A stretch of DNA of 64,000 nt. Source: Callorhinchus milii. Taxonomy: Eukaryota. The position numbers were made by a program, and so were the translations under genes. Below the pieces are notes generated by a model, which had not been told where the DNA came from, did not search any database, and saw only the letters and a program-made list of their open reading frames with translations. The stretch is from positions 8,742,001 through 8,806,000 of the forward strand of contig NW_024704762.1 in the NCBI RefSeq assembly GCF_018977255.1. Direction: 5' to 3'. Of this stretch, positions 1 through 12,089 are shown one piece after another. Position 1 is the stretch's first letter; every line of letters starts with the position of its first letter.

Positions 1-225
1 ATCAGCTCCCTGCTAAGCCCTGGTGGGCAAATGCACAGGCTCGAAACAACTGTGGGTTGGGTGGCGAGGAAGTGGGGGAGAGAATGTGCAGGTTAATGCA
101 ATTGACCACACGTCTATCTGTCACGCACATTAAGAGAGCGGTCACTGTTTCTGGTCTACATGACCTACAAACCCATTTATTGACTGCTTATGGTCTCAAA
201 GTCAATCTCTTTCCTCTTCCTGCAG

Positions 226-3200
226 GGGCTCGCCTGATGCAGACTCAATTGTAAGTAGACATTACATGTAAGGCCCATGCTCGCTTTATATATATGTGTG
301 TGTGTGTGTTGTTTTTGACCCAATGTAAAACTAGACCTGAGGCAATACAAAGCTTGCCTTATAGGCCTGATTAAGGCCTGGGTTTAAACTTGGTGTTGGT
401 CTTAGTTTCAGTCAGTTGAATCTAGGATTGAGCCACCCCTACATAACCTGCACTGGGGCAGGGAACGTGGAGAGACCCGAACAGTTAGGAGAGATGTTTA
501 AACTAAGCAGCTCCATTTTGTAAATGGGTTTAGAATCGATCTCACGCTTTGTGATTATACTAATCATTTTCTCAGTGAAAGTTTCTATTTGGAGCTGCTA
601 CTGTTGCCCAGATTTTGGTGTAAGCGAGATAGCGTGTTCAGCGACCTGGGCTGTCTGACCGTAGTTTAGATATATTCTAACCCACGTTGTATTTTTGCAG
701 AATTCTCCAGAGGTAGACGAGGAAGGTTACACCATCCGACCAGATATTACCCAGAACAATATCCTTCGTTCCTTCATTTTACCTGCCAGGGCCTCAGTCC
801 TCAGATATGGCCGTTACACTGGGATTTATTCTCAGTGGATCACCACCAACATCTCAGAGACGTCATCTCTTCCTCATTGTTTTCTTTCTCCAAAGACAGA
901 GAGGTTTTCTGTCCTTGTATCGAGAATCGACATCCACTATCCCCAGCTCAGGTGCAGCTCAGTTAGATACAGAGCAAAGTTACTTAAATTTTCCAACAAT
1001 TTGCCTTAACCACTAAGCGCCCCTTGGCTATTACTAGTGTACATCGGTCACTTTCTGCATTGACGAGCTAACTTTTACAATCACTCGCTCGCTATATCGA
1101 GAAATTCCATCGAGGTGAAAGGCACTAGTTAAGTGCAAGTTGTGGATGTGTTCAGGATAGTGTTGCAGCTCCTTCTGCTTTCCTCTACCACCGCAACCCC
1201 TCCCACCCCACTCCCAAATGCCCCTGGAGTTCCCAATCTCAGCCACGTTGAGCAGGCCACAACGGAAGTCGGGGATGGAAAGGACGCAGGTCTAAGAAAA
1301 TTGTAGAGTTGTGCTATGGGAATGGCAGGCAGGCAGGCTGCTCCGTTCAAACTCCTTGACTTTTGTAAACGCGAAAAAGAGACCGACTTCTGCTCGTCCA
1401 GCGACTCTGACTTTGACGATGACGAGCCTCGCCGTTTCCACGTGCAGATCAAGCCGGCGCTCCCGCGGGATGGGCCCCGGGACACCTCTGCCTCTGTGGA
1501 GGTGCTCAAAGCCTCCATCGGGAATATCGTCCTCTCCGCCAATCCGAGCGTAAGGGATTCCGTGCTACATGGTTGGGGAATGGAGAGGGAGGGTTTGGAG
1601 CTAAAGGAAAATTGGAGTTCAGGTGTAACTCTTCCAGGTTCTTGGGTGACTGCCATTGAATTGGTGCCATTGTGCCAAGGTCCCCAATCCAGCACTGTAC
1701 AGCTGTCCATCTGGGACTTGAGGGGAGTTTGAACATGGCACCCAAAAAAAGGCCACTCACGTGAATGACAATTGAGTTGCAGTGATTGTTGGAACTCGGT
1801 GGAGGGGAGTTTGCAGAGAGGAAAGTCGCGTTGATGTGGATTTTGTCCATCTCACAATCTGACTTGATTTCTTTTTTTTCAATCTCTCTTATTACAGATC
1901 CTTTCCAAAAGAAATTCCTCCAGTAAGTGTTCGGCAATCTGCCAAAGCCTCGCTGTGCTGTAGAGCGTTGCTGGTGTCTGTTGGGAGGAAGCGTGTTTGC
2001 CTGCGCGCTTGAGTGTGGGTCAGGTTGGAAGGGTGGCGAGAGTGAATCAATAAGTTACATGGAGCAATACAGTAATCTTCGGCACAGAAACAGGCCATTT
2101 GGACCCACTGGTTGGTGCCGGGCTTGACTTCGGTCAGAACAAGGTTTATATTGGTCAATAGCCGAGGCTTGCATTGATGAGCTATTTCATGGTGATGGCA
2201 CCTTTAAACTAATTCTGGATTCCTCCATTTACGTCTCTTGCTCCATCTATCTCTCCCTCCTATCTCTATCTGTCTGTCTTTCTCTCTCTCCTATTTCTGT
2301 ATCTCTCTCTGTCTCCCTTTCTCTCCCTCTCCTGCTGTCTCTCTGCTTTCCGTTTGATCCTCTTCCCTCCCAAAGCGTTCTTGACTCTGATGGTCTCTCT
2401 TTCCTTCTTTAGGACATTCAGTCCAAATGGCTGCGCCTTCACTGGATGGGAACGCAGAGACGTTGCGAGCCAGAGGTAAGACCCTCACAGAGATTTGATG
2501 AGCTGCGCTTACAAAGTGATCACAAGTGATGATCTCCTTTGCCTGTATTAATGTGTGCATGACAGCGGTTGTCAAACACTCAAACCACCATCCCAGGTCA
2601 ATGAAATTGACCGAAACTTCACAGCAAAGTCAACTTGCAGATAGATAATTTCTCTGTGACTTTCCCTTCTGTTTTCTTAGTGTTGCACTATAGTCTTTAT
2701 CAAGCAAAATATTCCCTCGGCCTCGTGTTTATTGACGGTGCTGTTTTCACTCGGTCTTTGCTAATTCTGGTTCTGTGTCTGACCTAGATGAGGAGGGGTT
2801 AACATTCCGAGTTTCCACGCCTAGCCCTGAACCCAACAGAATCATTGGCTCACAGAATGGCATGAAGTCTTTGGATCCACTTTTTGGACCCCCTCTGGAG
2901 ACTTCGTTTGAGAAGCTGGGCTTCGGAGGTAATGGAATACATCTCACCTCCTGACGCTGGCACACTCTCCCTCCCCATTGAATTGGTTTTCTCCATAAAA
3001 GGACAAGCCCTTTTTTTGGCACTTAGTTCTTGCCAAGGGTAAATTCAATTTAAAGGTGAAGGGCATGAAGGACATCATCAAAGTGAGGCATATTTTTTAG
3101 GACCTTTGCGTCCGTCAGGAAACACCAGATAAAGATGTGTCCAAGCTATAATAATAGTAATAATAACAATCCTTGCATTTGCCTCATCACATCTTCGAGA

Positions 3201-6200
3201 CGTCTCAAAGCGCTTCACAGAATATACTGTAAAGTGAATTGACTGTGTATTTTGTAGGCGAAATGTGGAATATTGGGTGTTGAATGAAAGCAAAGTTCAA
3301 GATTTTTTTAAATCATTATTGTGGTAGATCGCTCTTCTCTTCCTAAACGGCTTCTATCTCCTTCCAGCTCAGTTCAATCAGGTGAGCGGCAGCACCTTGT
3401 CCATGAGCCCTCCTCCACTTGCCTCCAGCATCCCAGAGGCGATTGAAGACTCCGGCCTAGATTCTCCCTCTCAGCCCATCACTGAAGCCTCTTCGCCCTC
3501 TCCTCAATCCAGACCTTGGACACCGCAGGTAGTCACGCCGCCCATCCCCCCACCGATCAACACCTCCTTCTCATCCAATTTTGAGGATGTTTCCTTCGCC
3601 ACCTCCTGCGGCTCCAAGACGAGCGAGGCGGCCCCTATTATAGGGGACGTCCATCTCGAGGCAGACCACCCCTGTGTTTCTCCAACCACAGACAGAGAGG
3701 CCTCACCTGCAGAACCAGACTCTGAACCAGACCTTTCCACACTACAGCCCTGTGCTCAGATCCCTCCCGACTCCACATCCACTTCAGGTCAGTGCCACCC
3801 AACCACAAATGCAGTAAATAAATAATATCCATTAACATTGGCAGTAGCCTTGTCCCGTTTGACTCAGAAAGCTCATTTCACAGCTGAAACATTTTCGTCT
3901 CCTGCTCCAGGTTCTCGGTCCGACAATCCCATGAAGAAAACCCCCACACTAGCACCACGTCGCAGACACTCCAAGAAAAAGCTCTTAGCATCTCAACAGG
4001 GAAATCCAGACACAGTACGTGAAGTTTAAGAACAAAGTCTCATCGAGTAAAATAATGACCACAATAAGAATAACAGTCCTTGTTTGAATTTGTTCAACCA
4101 AAGGCAATGAGTGCCCGCTAACTGCCAAGTTTGTTTCGTTCAGTCTAGGTCTCTTGCAGTTTCTCCAAGTCCGCCGCCCTCGGCCATCCTGACTCCAATG
4201 GATAATGGATCCCTGAGCCATGCTCTGCAGAGTCGACCTTCCACTCCAGCCATCAGTGCGTGTATGTGTTCTGTGGCCCCTTACTTCAACACTTGAGATT
4301 ATTTATTGACCCTGTTAAAGTCTTTGTCTTTCAGATGCTCATAAAAAGCCTCGCATTCGATATATCGTGTCTTATACACTGTGAAGTGTATAACTGTGTA
4401 TTTTGTAGACCTGGGGCAGGTTCCTGCAGTACCTGTCACCTCGACTGAGCACAAAAGATTCTAATCCCAATGGATTCTCCATTCCCTTTCTCTCCCTTTC
4501 GTTCTTCAAAGAAGCGTACAGATAAAACGGCTTAGAAGTGAATTGCTATTCAAAAAGGCTTTGGCAAGTTTTGGATGCAACGTTTATAGAGGAAATCTAG
4601 ACCAAGTGGAAATTCTCCCCAATAGCCTAGTAAAATAAAGAAGTGAATGGGTTCCTTGTGTTTGGGGAGGGCGCGAGGGAGGGAAGTGGGGGTTGAATCA
4701 TGAAAGTGATGATATTGTTTCCCGCTTCCTAGGTATCTCCCGGGGGCCCAGCCCGGTCACCCTGGGCTCTCAAGATTCTTTGCCTGTTGCTGCTGCATTC
4801 ACAGAGTGCATTAATGCGTATTTCCGAGGAGGAGATTTCAATAAGTAAGTGGGTGGCGGAGCTGAGCACGACCCTATACTGTGTGAATTGTTGTCTCTGT
4901 CACGTATTGCTGTTTCCTCTCCCGCAGTGTTATTGTCAAGATCACTGGAGACGTCACAATGTCCTTCCCGGCCGGAATCGGTCGCAGTTTCAGTGGGAAT
5001 CCAGCCCCACTGGTCATCAGCTTCAGACTGGTCAACACTCAGCCAATCGAGCAGTTCTTACCCAACGCCCAGCTCCTGTACAGGTCAGTGGTGGGGTGGG
5101 TGGGATGTGCCATTGCTGTGTGATGAGGCAAATAATATCAGTACAGAGAATAATTTATCCAGGGAGAACCCCATCATTCTCCTTCCTCACAGTGTCTGAG
5201 ATGTGGGTCTCTGTCAGTCGTGGAAATGAAGAGGAGGTGGAGGGGAAGCAATGAAAGGGATGGGATTTTGGAGATAGGGGATTGGGAATAAAACGGGACA
5301 AAAAAGGGGGATATTTCTCCTTGGAGGAATGTCAGGTCTATGTGGGGGAAGGGATATTCTATTGGGCAAGAGGGTAGTGAGGGCTCACTCAGATGTGGAT
5401 GGGGTGTCCCCTGGGGTGGGCCACCTGGGGTGTTGACTTCTGAGCGTCCTCTCCGGTGCAGTGACCTGTCGCAGAGTGATCACAACAGCAGGGACTTCTG
5501 GCTGGACATGTCGGCGCTCACAGCCCAGCTACAGATGCGAGCGGAGCAGAACCCAGGTGCTCCTTACTTCAACATCAGCCTCCTCAAGTACCAGGTACTC
5601 TCCGTCTCCAGCCCTATGTGTGTGTGTGCGTGTGGTGGGGGTGGGGGGGTGCGAACGACGCAAAATGGGGCCAGGATACTGAGACTCAATGCAGACAATG
5701 ATATAATGGGAACGGTCGGGTGGGTGTTAAAGGGCAAAATCAACTTGCACAGAGGGGCTTTTTCACTAGGACCCTGTTGTCTAAGTTGACACTCCAGTGC
5801 AGAACTGGGGGGTTGTTGCACTGTTGGAAGTGCCGTCCTTCAGGTGAGATGTTAAACCGAGCTCCCGTCTGCTTGGCTTGTTTGGGTGGACTTAAAGATC
5901 CCATACCACTATTCGAAAAGAGAAGAGAGTTTTTCTCTCTCTGTGTGTCCTGGCCAACAAATCCCCCAAATAAAATGGGTCACTCACTCCATGGCTGTTT
6001 GTGGGACATTGCTGTGCAAAATTGTGCTGCCACGTTTCGCCCACAAAATGCCCAGTCACTCCAGTTCACAATAAATCCTGTGAAGCGCTTTTGAGACGTC
6101 CCTGTGACATGATAAGGTGCTGTACCGAATGCAAGGATTATTATTGTTTTAGTCTGTTACGCGTCTCGCTCCAGCTTTCCCCTCAGGAACGACCCTCGGC

Positions 6201-8007
6201 TCCCCTGAACATGGCGGCCCGCTGGCGGAGCGAGACCGCGACGGGACGGACGGAAGTGGTGATGGACTACGAGTACAACGGGGACGCCATGCCGGAGAGA
6301 CCTCCCCTGAGGAACCTCCAGGTCTTGCTCCCTGTGGAAGGAGCGGTCAGCGAGGTCCAGTCACACCCTCCCGGCAGCTGGTGAGGATTTGAAGCTCCCC
6401 ATCCATTCATGTTCTTTTAATAAAATGGCTCCCCAGGAGACCGAGCAGGGCCATGCGGCAGCAGGATGCAGGGACGAGAAATTCGGAAGCTCGATGCCCG
6501 CTCTCAGCCGAGTTTAGCTGATCTCAGCCGCGTTGCTGGGCAGGACCAATGGGGCACACCTGCACATGATTGGTTGGGAGGGTGGCATTGCCCTCATACC
6601 TAAGGGTGGGCTAGGAAGAGGTGAGGCCAACCAGGATTTCATTCCTAATCTGACATCTGCTGAGAAACACAGTGGTGTGGATTTCGGGCGAGAAATCCAA
6701 TCAACTTGTAATTGGAGGCAAAGTCGTGGGAAGTTGCCCCGTCCCTCCCCGAGCCAATCACAGCCTCTGAGAGCATTGCCTCCCAACCAATCACATTTAA
6801 GGGTGAGGGCAATGCCTCCCCCCACCCAATCACGTGTAGGTGTGCCTGAGCGCTGCACCTCATTGGTTGAGGCAGTCTTGTGTGGTCAGGTCCTCTGACA
6901 TTATCAGTGTCTCCTCTTCGTGGAGAAATGGCTCTTCCAACAGCTCTGACACCTCCTGTCTTCTCTCCCTGAAGGAACCCCGAACAGAAGAGGCTGTTGT
7001 GGAAGCTTCCAGATATCTCCGGCCAGTCCGCTCACCTGGGTAAATGCAACCCCTTGTTATTTTTTTTGTGACGCTCCAACCCTTAAGCATCGGTTTGGCG
7101 GGTAGTCTCATGTGGCTCACTCACACCCACCCACCTTCTACACACTCTCCTCCCCCCCCCCCCCCCACCCCCCACCCACCTTCTCTCTCGCAGGGAAAGG
7201 ATCACTCCGTGCACACTGGCAGGTCACCGAAGGCCCCAGCAAACCCTCCCCGCTGGCCCTGCAGTTCACAAGCGAGGGAAGCACCCTGTCAGGGGTGGAC
7301 ATCTGCCTGGTGGGGGCAGGATACAGACTATCACTGGTGAAGAAGAAATTAGTCACAGGTGAGATGTTGCTCTTCGCTTGTACCACTGGTTTGCACAGCA
7401 CGTTGCTGTGAGCAATTGGCTGCCGCGTTTTGTCCACAGAATACACAGTCACTCCACTTGACAGTATATCCTGTGAAGCGCTTTGAGACATCTCAACGAC
7501 GTGATAAGACGCTGTATCAAATGGAAGGATTACTAATAATGTCTGACTCGCTCAGCAGTGCTAATTTGCACGCATACAGTGCTTTTCACGCATGGGAACA
7601 TCTTGAAACTCTTTGCAAAGACGAGTGTGAGCTTGAACCGGAGGGGACTGGCTTCGACGCGGCTGAAGGTCACAACCGAAGGAGGTTTTTAGTCGTCTTT
7701 TTTAAAAACAGAGCGAGGAGCAAGGTGGAGGGAGGTTGGGGGAGAGTTCCAGAGGGAAGGCCATCACAAGGCATTTGAAAATAGGAACAAAGACATGATA
7801 AATTGATCTGCTTAGGGATAGAGAGTCAGCGGAGCTCGGTGAAGATAGGGGTGACTGGCTCATGAAACTCATGAGAAAACAAACTGAGGCCAATTCGGGG
7901 GGAATTCTCCCCCCAATTCCTGAGACGAGTCAACTGATGCAAACGTGTATTTTTTTTTTACTCTTTGTGTTTTTTTTTCAAAAGGCAAATACTTTGCAGG
8001 ATGCTGA
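226..8007 (+). CDS. FCHO1: F-BAR domain only protein 1 (FCHO1), 3' part: disordered linker plus mu-homology domain; the 5' exons lie outside the window
   Basis: Phase-consistent exons: 226-250, 701-758, 1371-1549, 1898-1922, 2413-2475, 2788-2928, 3368-3787, 3884-4014, 4144-~4261 (donor uncertain, 4255 or 4261), 4733-4844, 4928-5083, 5462-5594, 6175-6380, 6975-7039, 7194-7358, 7985-8007 (GKYFAGC*). Muniscin motifs: [102 protein letters not shown]1 is preferred over FCHO2/SGIP1 from the motif variants and 19p13-type neighbours. Confidence 0.9.
759..1370 (+). other. U12-type (minor spliceosome) AT-AC intron in FCHO1
   Basis: 5' site ATATCCTTC at 759, branch site TCCTTGAC at 1353-1360, terminal AC at 1369-1370. 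The join keeps frame ([16 protein letters not shown]). No in-frame GT donor follows the conserved peptide. Confidence 0.9.
5740..6146 (+). mobile_element. Deu-domain SINE (AmnSINE1/SacSINE1-like) with L2-type 3' tail
   Basis: Core gccgtccttcaggtgagatgttaaaccgag...aaagatccca...ctattcgaaaagag...gtgtcctggccaaca resembles the DeuSINE central domain as recalled. Ends in the gcaaggattattatt tail. Related copies at about 14235-14490 (+), 18590-18840 (+), 30960-31220 (-), 43240-43500 (-) and 59830-60140 (+). Confidence 0.7.
6545..6868. repeat. Imperfect long inverted repeat (MITE-like or fold-back), CCAAT-rich, in an FCHO1 intron
   Basis: 6554-6596 gcacacctgcacatgattggttgggagggtggcattgccctca is a near match to the reverse complement of 6804-6845 tgagggcaatgcctccccccacccaatcacgtgtaggtgtgc. 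Confidence 0.7.
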
Positions 8008-11000
8008 TTGGTGATGAAGAGAGAAAATCATCCAATTCTCAACTTTTTTGACCCGTTTCCATGTGTGAATGTCGAGATCCGAGCTTCGTCCAAGTGGCTG
8101 CTCTGCTCCGCTCTGGGGGGTTACGAACTCGCGAGATGTCAAACCGTTTACCTCAGACCCTCGCTGATACCTTTCTTCTTTGTCTGAAGAACAAGTGGTT
8201 CAATGTTGGTGTTCAACCTTCTGGAGACCTTGGCACCGAGCTCGGAAAAGCTTCCAGCAAAAGCTCGGAACTATTTTTAAGATTTTACCTCTTCTTTCCA
8301 CATCCCTCCTCTCCTCCCTCCCTGCCCCAGGAAGGATCCATCTCTACCATATGTTTTCAACACGTTTGCACTTTGTATAGCTAGTGGACATCCCCAGTTG
8401 GCTGCTTCAGGTCACACCTGTATCTGAGAGGATGAGTTGCCCATTCTATGAATATTGATGGGGGTCGGGAAGGATAGAGAGAGACGTGTTCAGTACGTCT
8501 CGACCCAACTCTGCCATTTCCAGAAGCAACCGGGTTTCCAGAACAGTGTGTGTGTGTGTGTCGTCCCCCTGTCCCCCCCCCCCAGATGTTAGTCAATGTA
8601 TATTTCACTTGAGATCGATCGTGGACCTTTCGTGCTCCACTCCCCACATTGATCGCACCTATGAGGGCGCTGAGAGAGTGTCTTGGTGGGACGGAAATGA
8701 TAGCAGATTGAGCTACTAGCATTTTTGTTGAGTGTGGAGTGCATCTAATCTTCATGGCGAAGCATCCTGAACTCAGCCAGAGCTCCAATCAGGTCTCCCT
8801 AGACGGGGCAATGGGTGAATGAGCAGAGATGTGCAGATCAGAAAGCTCCCAAGTATGATCCTCAGTCAGTCAGCAGTGGGGAACCTCACAATGGTGCCTC
8901 GGTGCTCCAGGTTAGGAAGGAAAATAATCAGCCATGGATCCTGATCAGTGTCCAGTTCCTCCTCTGCCTTCCAACCCCCAGTCCCCACACCACCCTCACT
9001 GTGGATTTTTTGTGTGTGTGTGCGTGTGTGTGAGGACAGTGCAGGCTCCACAGTTGAACGCTGGCTGTTTAGTTTCGCTCTACCTGCACAGGTAAAGAGC
9101 AGACCGCCTCCATGACCCATGCAGTCCAGTACAATTTATCACGTTCAGAAGAGGAAGGGAAAAAAATCTTTCGAGATTTCATCAGACTTCAAACAAACAT
9201 GGCCCATCTTTAAAGGGGAAGTAACTATTCTCAGCTGTTCCAATGCTAACCTCTCCCTCGGACTTCTCTACTGGATATCGTGAAGGCTTACTGACCAATG
9301 GGAAGGAAATGGTGGCTTCTGAGCATTGACACTTTGGACTTCTGACTTGTGTGTGTGTGTGTGTGTTTGTTCGTTTTTTAAAGTTGCATCAAATAACTAT
9401 CCAGTGACTGTGTGACATATAAGAGAAATGGGCTGTCATTCAGGGTCCCAAATTCCACGTGACTTTTAGCCTTAAGACCCTTATTCTTGAAGCGAATCTT
9501 CATTCCGGTAGTAATAATCCCTCAAAAAAAAATGTGGTCACTCAATCCACGACTGTTTCTGGGACACTGCTGCGCGTAATTGGTTGCCACGTTTCGCCCA
9601 CAAAAGACAGTCACTCCACTTTACAGTACAGTTTATCCTGTGAAACGCTCTTGAGGTGTCTCAGTGTCGTGATGAGGTGCTATACCAAATGCAAGGATTA
9701 CTATTCATTTGGTAGTCGCTTGTTTTTAAGAACAGCAGAAAATTGGCAGTGAAGTAAAGACTGAATTGGGAGCATGACAAAAATTCTGCCTCAATCTGGA
9801 ACGTTAAGACTACGCAATCTTAGAGGCTAAAACCAAGTGAAGCTTTGGGATTCTGGACCTTTGAGACCTGAGTGTTGGAAGGAAAGATATTTGACTGTAT
9901 AAGCTATGTGAACATGAATGGCACGTCCCATCATGTCTTGTGTGGTTCTGTCGGTGTACAAGCTGGCTGGTCAGAGGAGACATGAAGACCCGCTTGTGTT
10001 TTGGGGCCGAATGATGATGGCTGAGATACTAAGATGTTTCCTTGAAGAGTTTTGAATCTTGTGGAGGATTTTTTAAGAATGTAATGGTGTTTTTATAACT
10101 TATTAAGCAAAGCGATGTGTGGTATTTCACCATGAGTTTGGACAACGGCAATGGCAGGCATCCGGTTTGTATGTAGACAATATTTTGATGCCAGGCCCAT
10201 CAACCTGTGCTTGAGTGTGAGGCTTGAGTCTGTGCTGTTGCAGGGATCAGTGGCTTGTTTTATGCCTTAGTCTGTGCCCATCATAGAGCTTGGTTAAAAG
10301 GTGAAGGCCAGGCTGTCTTTTCTGGTGCATGAGACTAGGCTAAGGTCCATTGTGATGAAGGGCAATAAGTGTCCAGGCTTTAGGCTTAAACCCAGCCTGG
10401 TACAGAGAACTATGTATATAAGCCTAGGCTCATCCTAAAGCAGTGGACTTTGGTATAAGCTTAAATGTAGGCCTGAGTCTGTCCTGTAGGGACTGTATGT
10501 TCAGCCTTTAGCTCAGCCCAGTTAGGGCCGTGGATTTGGATTTTTAATACCTGCAGCTGGCTATAAAATTGTCAAGTGGTCACTGAGCAATGAGTTGTTT
10601 TTTTTTGCCCTTTCCCTGCTTATTTTTCTGAGTGGTTTACACACACACAGAGCACTTGGGGACTGCAGCACAGTCTAGTAAGGTCCCCAGCAAAGGGGGA
10701 AGAGAGGAACCTGAGCCTGTGAGCCCTCTGCGGCCCTGGCGCTATGCGTGACTGTGCTTCGATCCTACCCTCTTTGTCCCCTGCCTTCCCATTCCGGTTT
10801 AAGCCGTCGAAACATTTCAGACCGTGGCGAATGACACCAGGGTTGTGACATCAGAGGGGAAGGGTTATTGTACCAGTGGATTTTGGGGCCACCACTGGAT
10901 AGGTCTCGCTGGTGTAGATATGTGTGCGTACATAAACCACATGTGCATAAATACACTATACCTACAAACGTGCTCACCTCGCTGGAAGTGAGGTGTACTT

Positions 11001-11152
11001 TAAAGTGTTTTTCTATTCTAGTCTCCTGCTCCCTGGATCCAGTTTGGTCAGGGCTCGAGTTGTGTCGAGGTGATTGCTATGTGCCTGTTGAGTGGTTAGC
11101 AGTGATGGGAGAGCTGCCTGTAGGTGAATCTCCAACCGTGTTCTGAATAAGC

Positions 11153-11158
11153 AATAAA
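11153..11158 (+). terminator. Candidate polyadenylation signal for FCHO1 (long 3' UTR)
   Basis: AATAAA downstream of the FCHO1 stop and before the REX1BD promoter region; usage is unverified. Confidence 0.4.
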
Positions 11159-11302
11159 CTGACTTCCTGATACACAAACGTATCCAAAGGTTTCTTTCTC
11201 TCGAGAAAGGCTCCCGGGAGCTAGCGAGTGTGGGTTGTATGGACGGTTACAGCACGGAAACAGGCCATTCGACCCAACCAGTCCACGCTTGTGCTCATAT
11301 GT

Positions 11303-11615
11303 GTGGAGCCCTGTAGCTCAGTGGTTAGAGCACTCGCTTTGCAAGTGAGAGACCTGAGTTCAATTCCAGGCAGAGGGCCAAACCTTGGGCAAGTTTCCTT
11401 ACTCCACACAGAGCCTAATAATAATCCCTCCAAAAAACAACCAAAAACAATAATAAATTGGTCATTTTCAATCCACGACTGTTTGTGGGACATTGCTGTG
11501 CGCAATTGGCTGCCGCGTTCGCCCACAAATATACAGTCAATTCACTTTACAGTATATTCTGTGAAGCGCTTTGGGACGTCCTCCCGACGTGAAAAGCGCT
11601 ATATCAAATGCAAGG

Positions 11616-11646
<31 letters not shown>
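11303..11646 (+). mobile_element. Full-length young tRNA-derived SINE with L2-type 3' tail
   Basis: tRNA-like head with A box (tagctcagtggt) and B box (gagttcaattcc), body, and aaatgcaaggat(tat)n tail. Nearly identical to 13171-13497 and to the reverse complement of 34283-34607. Confidence 0.85.
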
Positions 11647-11927
11647 TCCACATGAACCTGATGCGGAATATGACACATGACAGGTAAATGGGACTGAAAG
11701 GATTACTGGCGCGGACCCAATGGGCCGATTGGTCTTCTGCGCTGCCACTTTGCGCGGTTGTGTAGGTGTTAGACGCAAAGACATTGACTAAATGCACATC
11801 CAAAGAGTTGGGCTGACGGTGGAACGGGATCGTCAGGTGGGCTCTCCTTCGGCTGAAACCAAGGTACCGTCAACTGCTCGAGATCCCTTGGACCTGTTGG
11901 AGAAGTGTCCAAACGGGCCTTGTACTT

Positions 11928-11935
11928 TGACGTCA
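11928..11935. promoter_or_regulatory. Palindromic CRE (TGACGTCA) upstream of REX1BD
   Basis: Exact TGACGTCA about 160 nt upstream of the putative first ATG, in CpG-containing DNA. Confidence 0.45.
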
Positions 11936-12089
11936 CAAACCTCACAAGCGTCCAGCACACACCAAAAAAAAAGGGCTGACCTATGGGGCCGGGAGTTGGG
12001 TTTGTAACCAGGAGAAAGGTTTCGCCTCCGTGCAGTGGACGTACGGAGCCTCCGGGCGGTGCTGTTGGAGGAGGAGGAGGAGGGTGGCG

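Noticed and set aside
3368-3387. 14-nt FCHO1 microexon using CAG|GTGAGC at 3381
   Set aside because: It breaks phase with the next exon, whereas the 420-nt exon ending at 3787 keeps the frame.
11305-11376. tRNA-Ala(TGC)-like sequence (also at 13173 and 34530-34600)
   Set aside because: It is a SINE head: it continues into the SINE body and (TAT)n tail, and the acceptor stem is imperfect.
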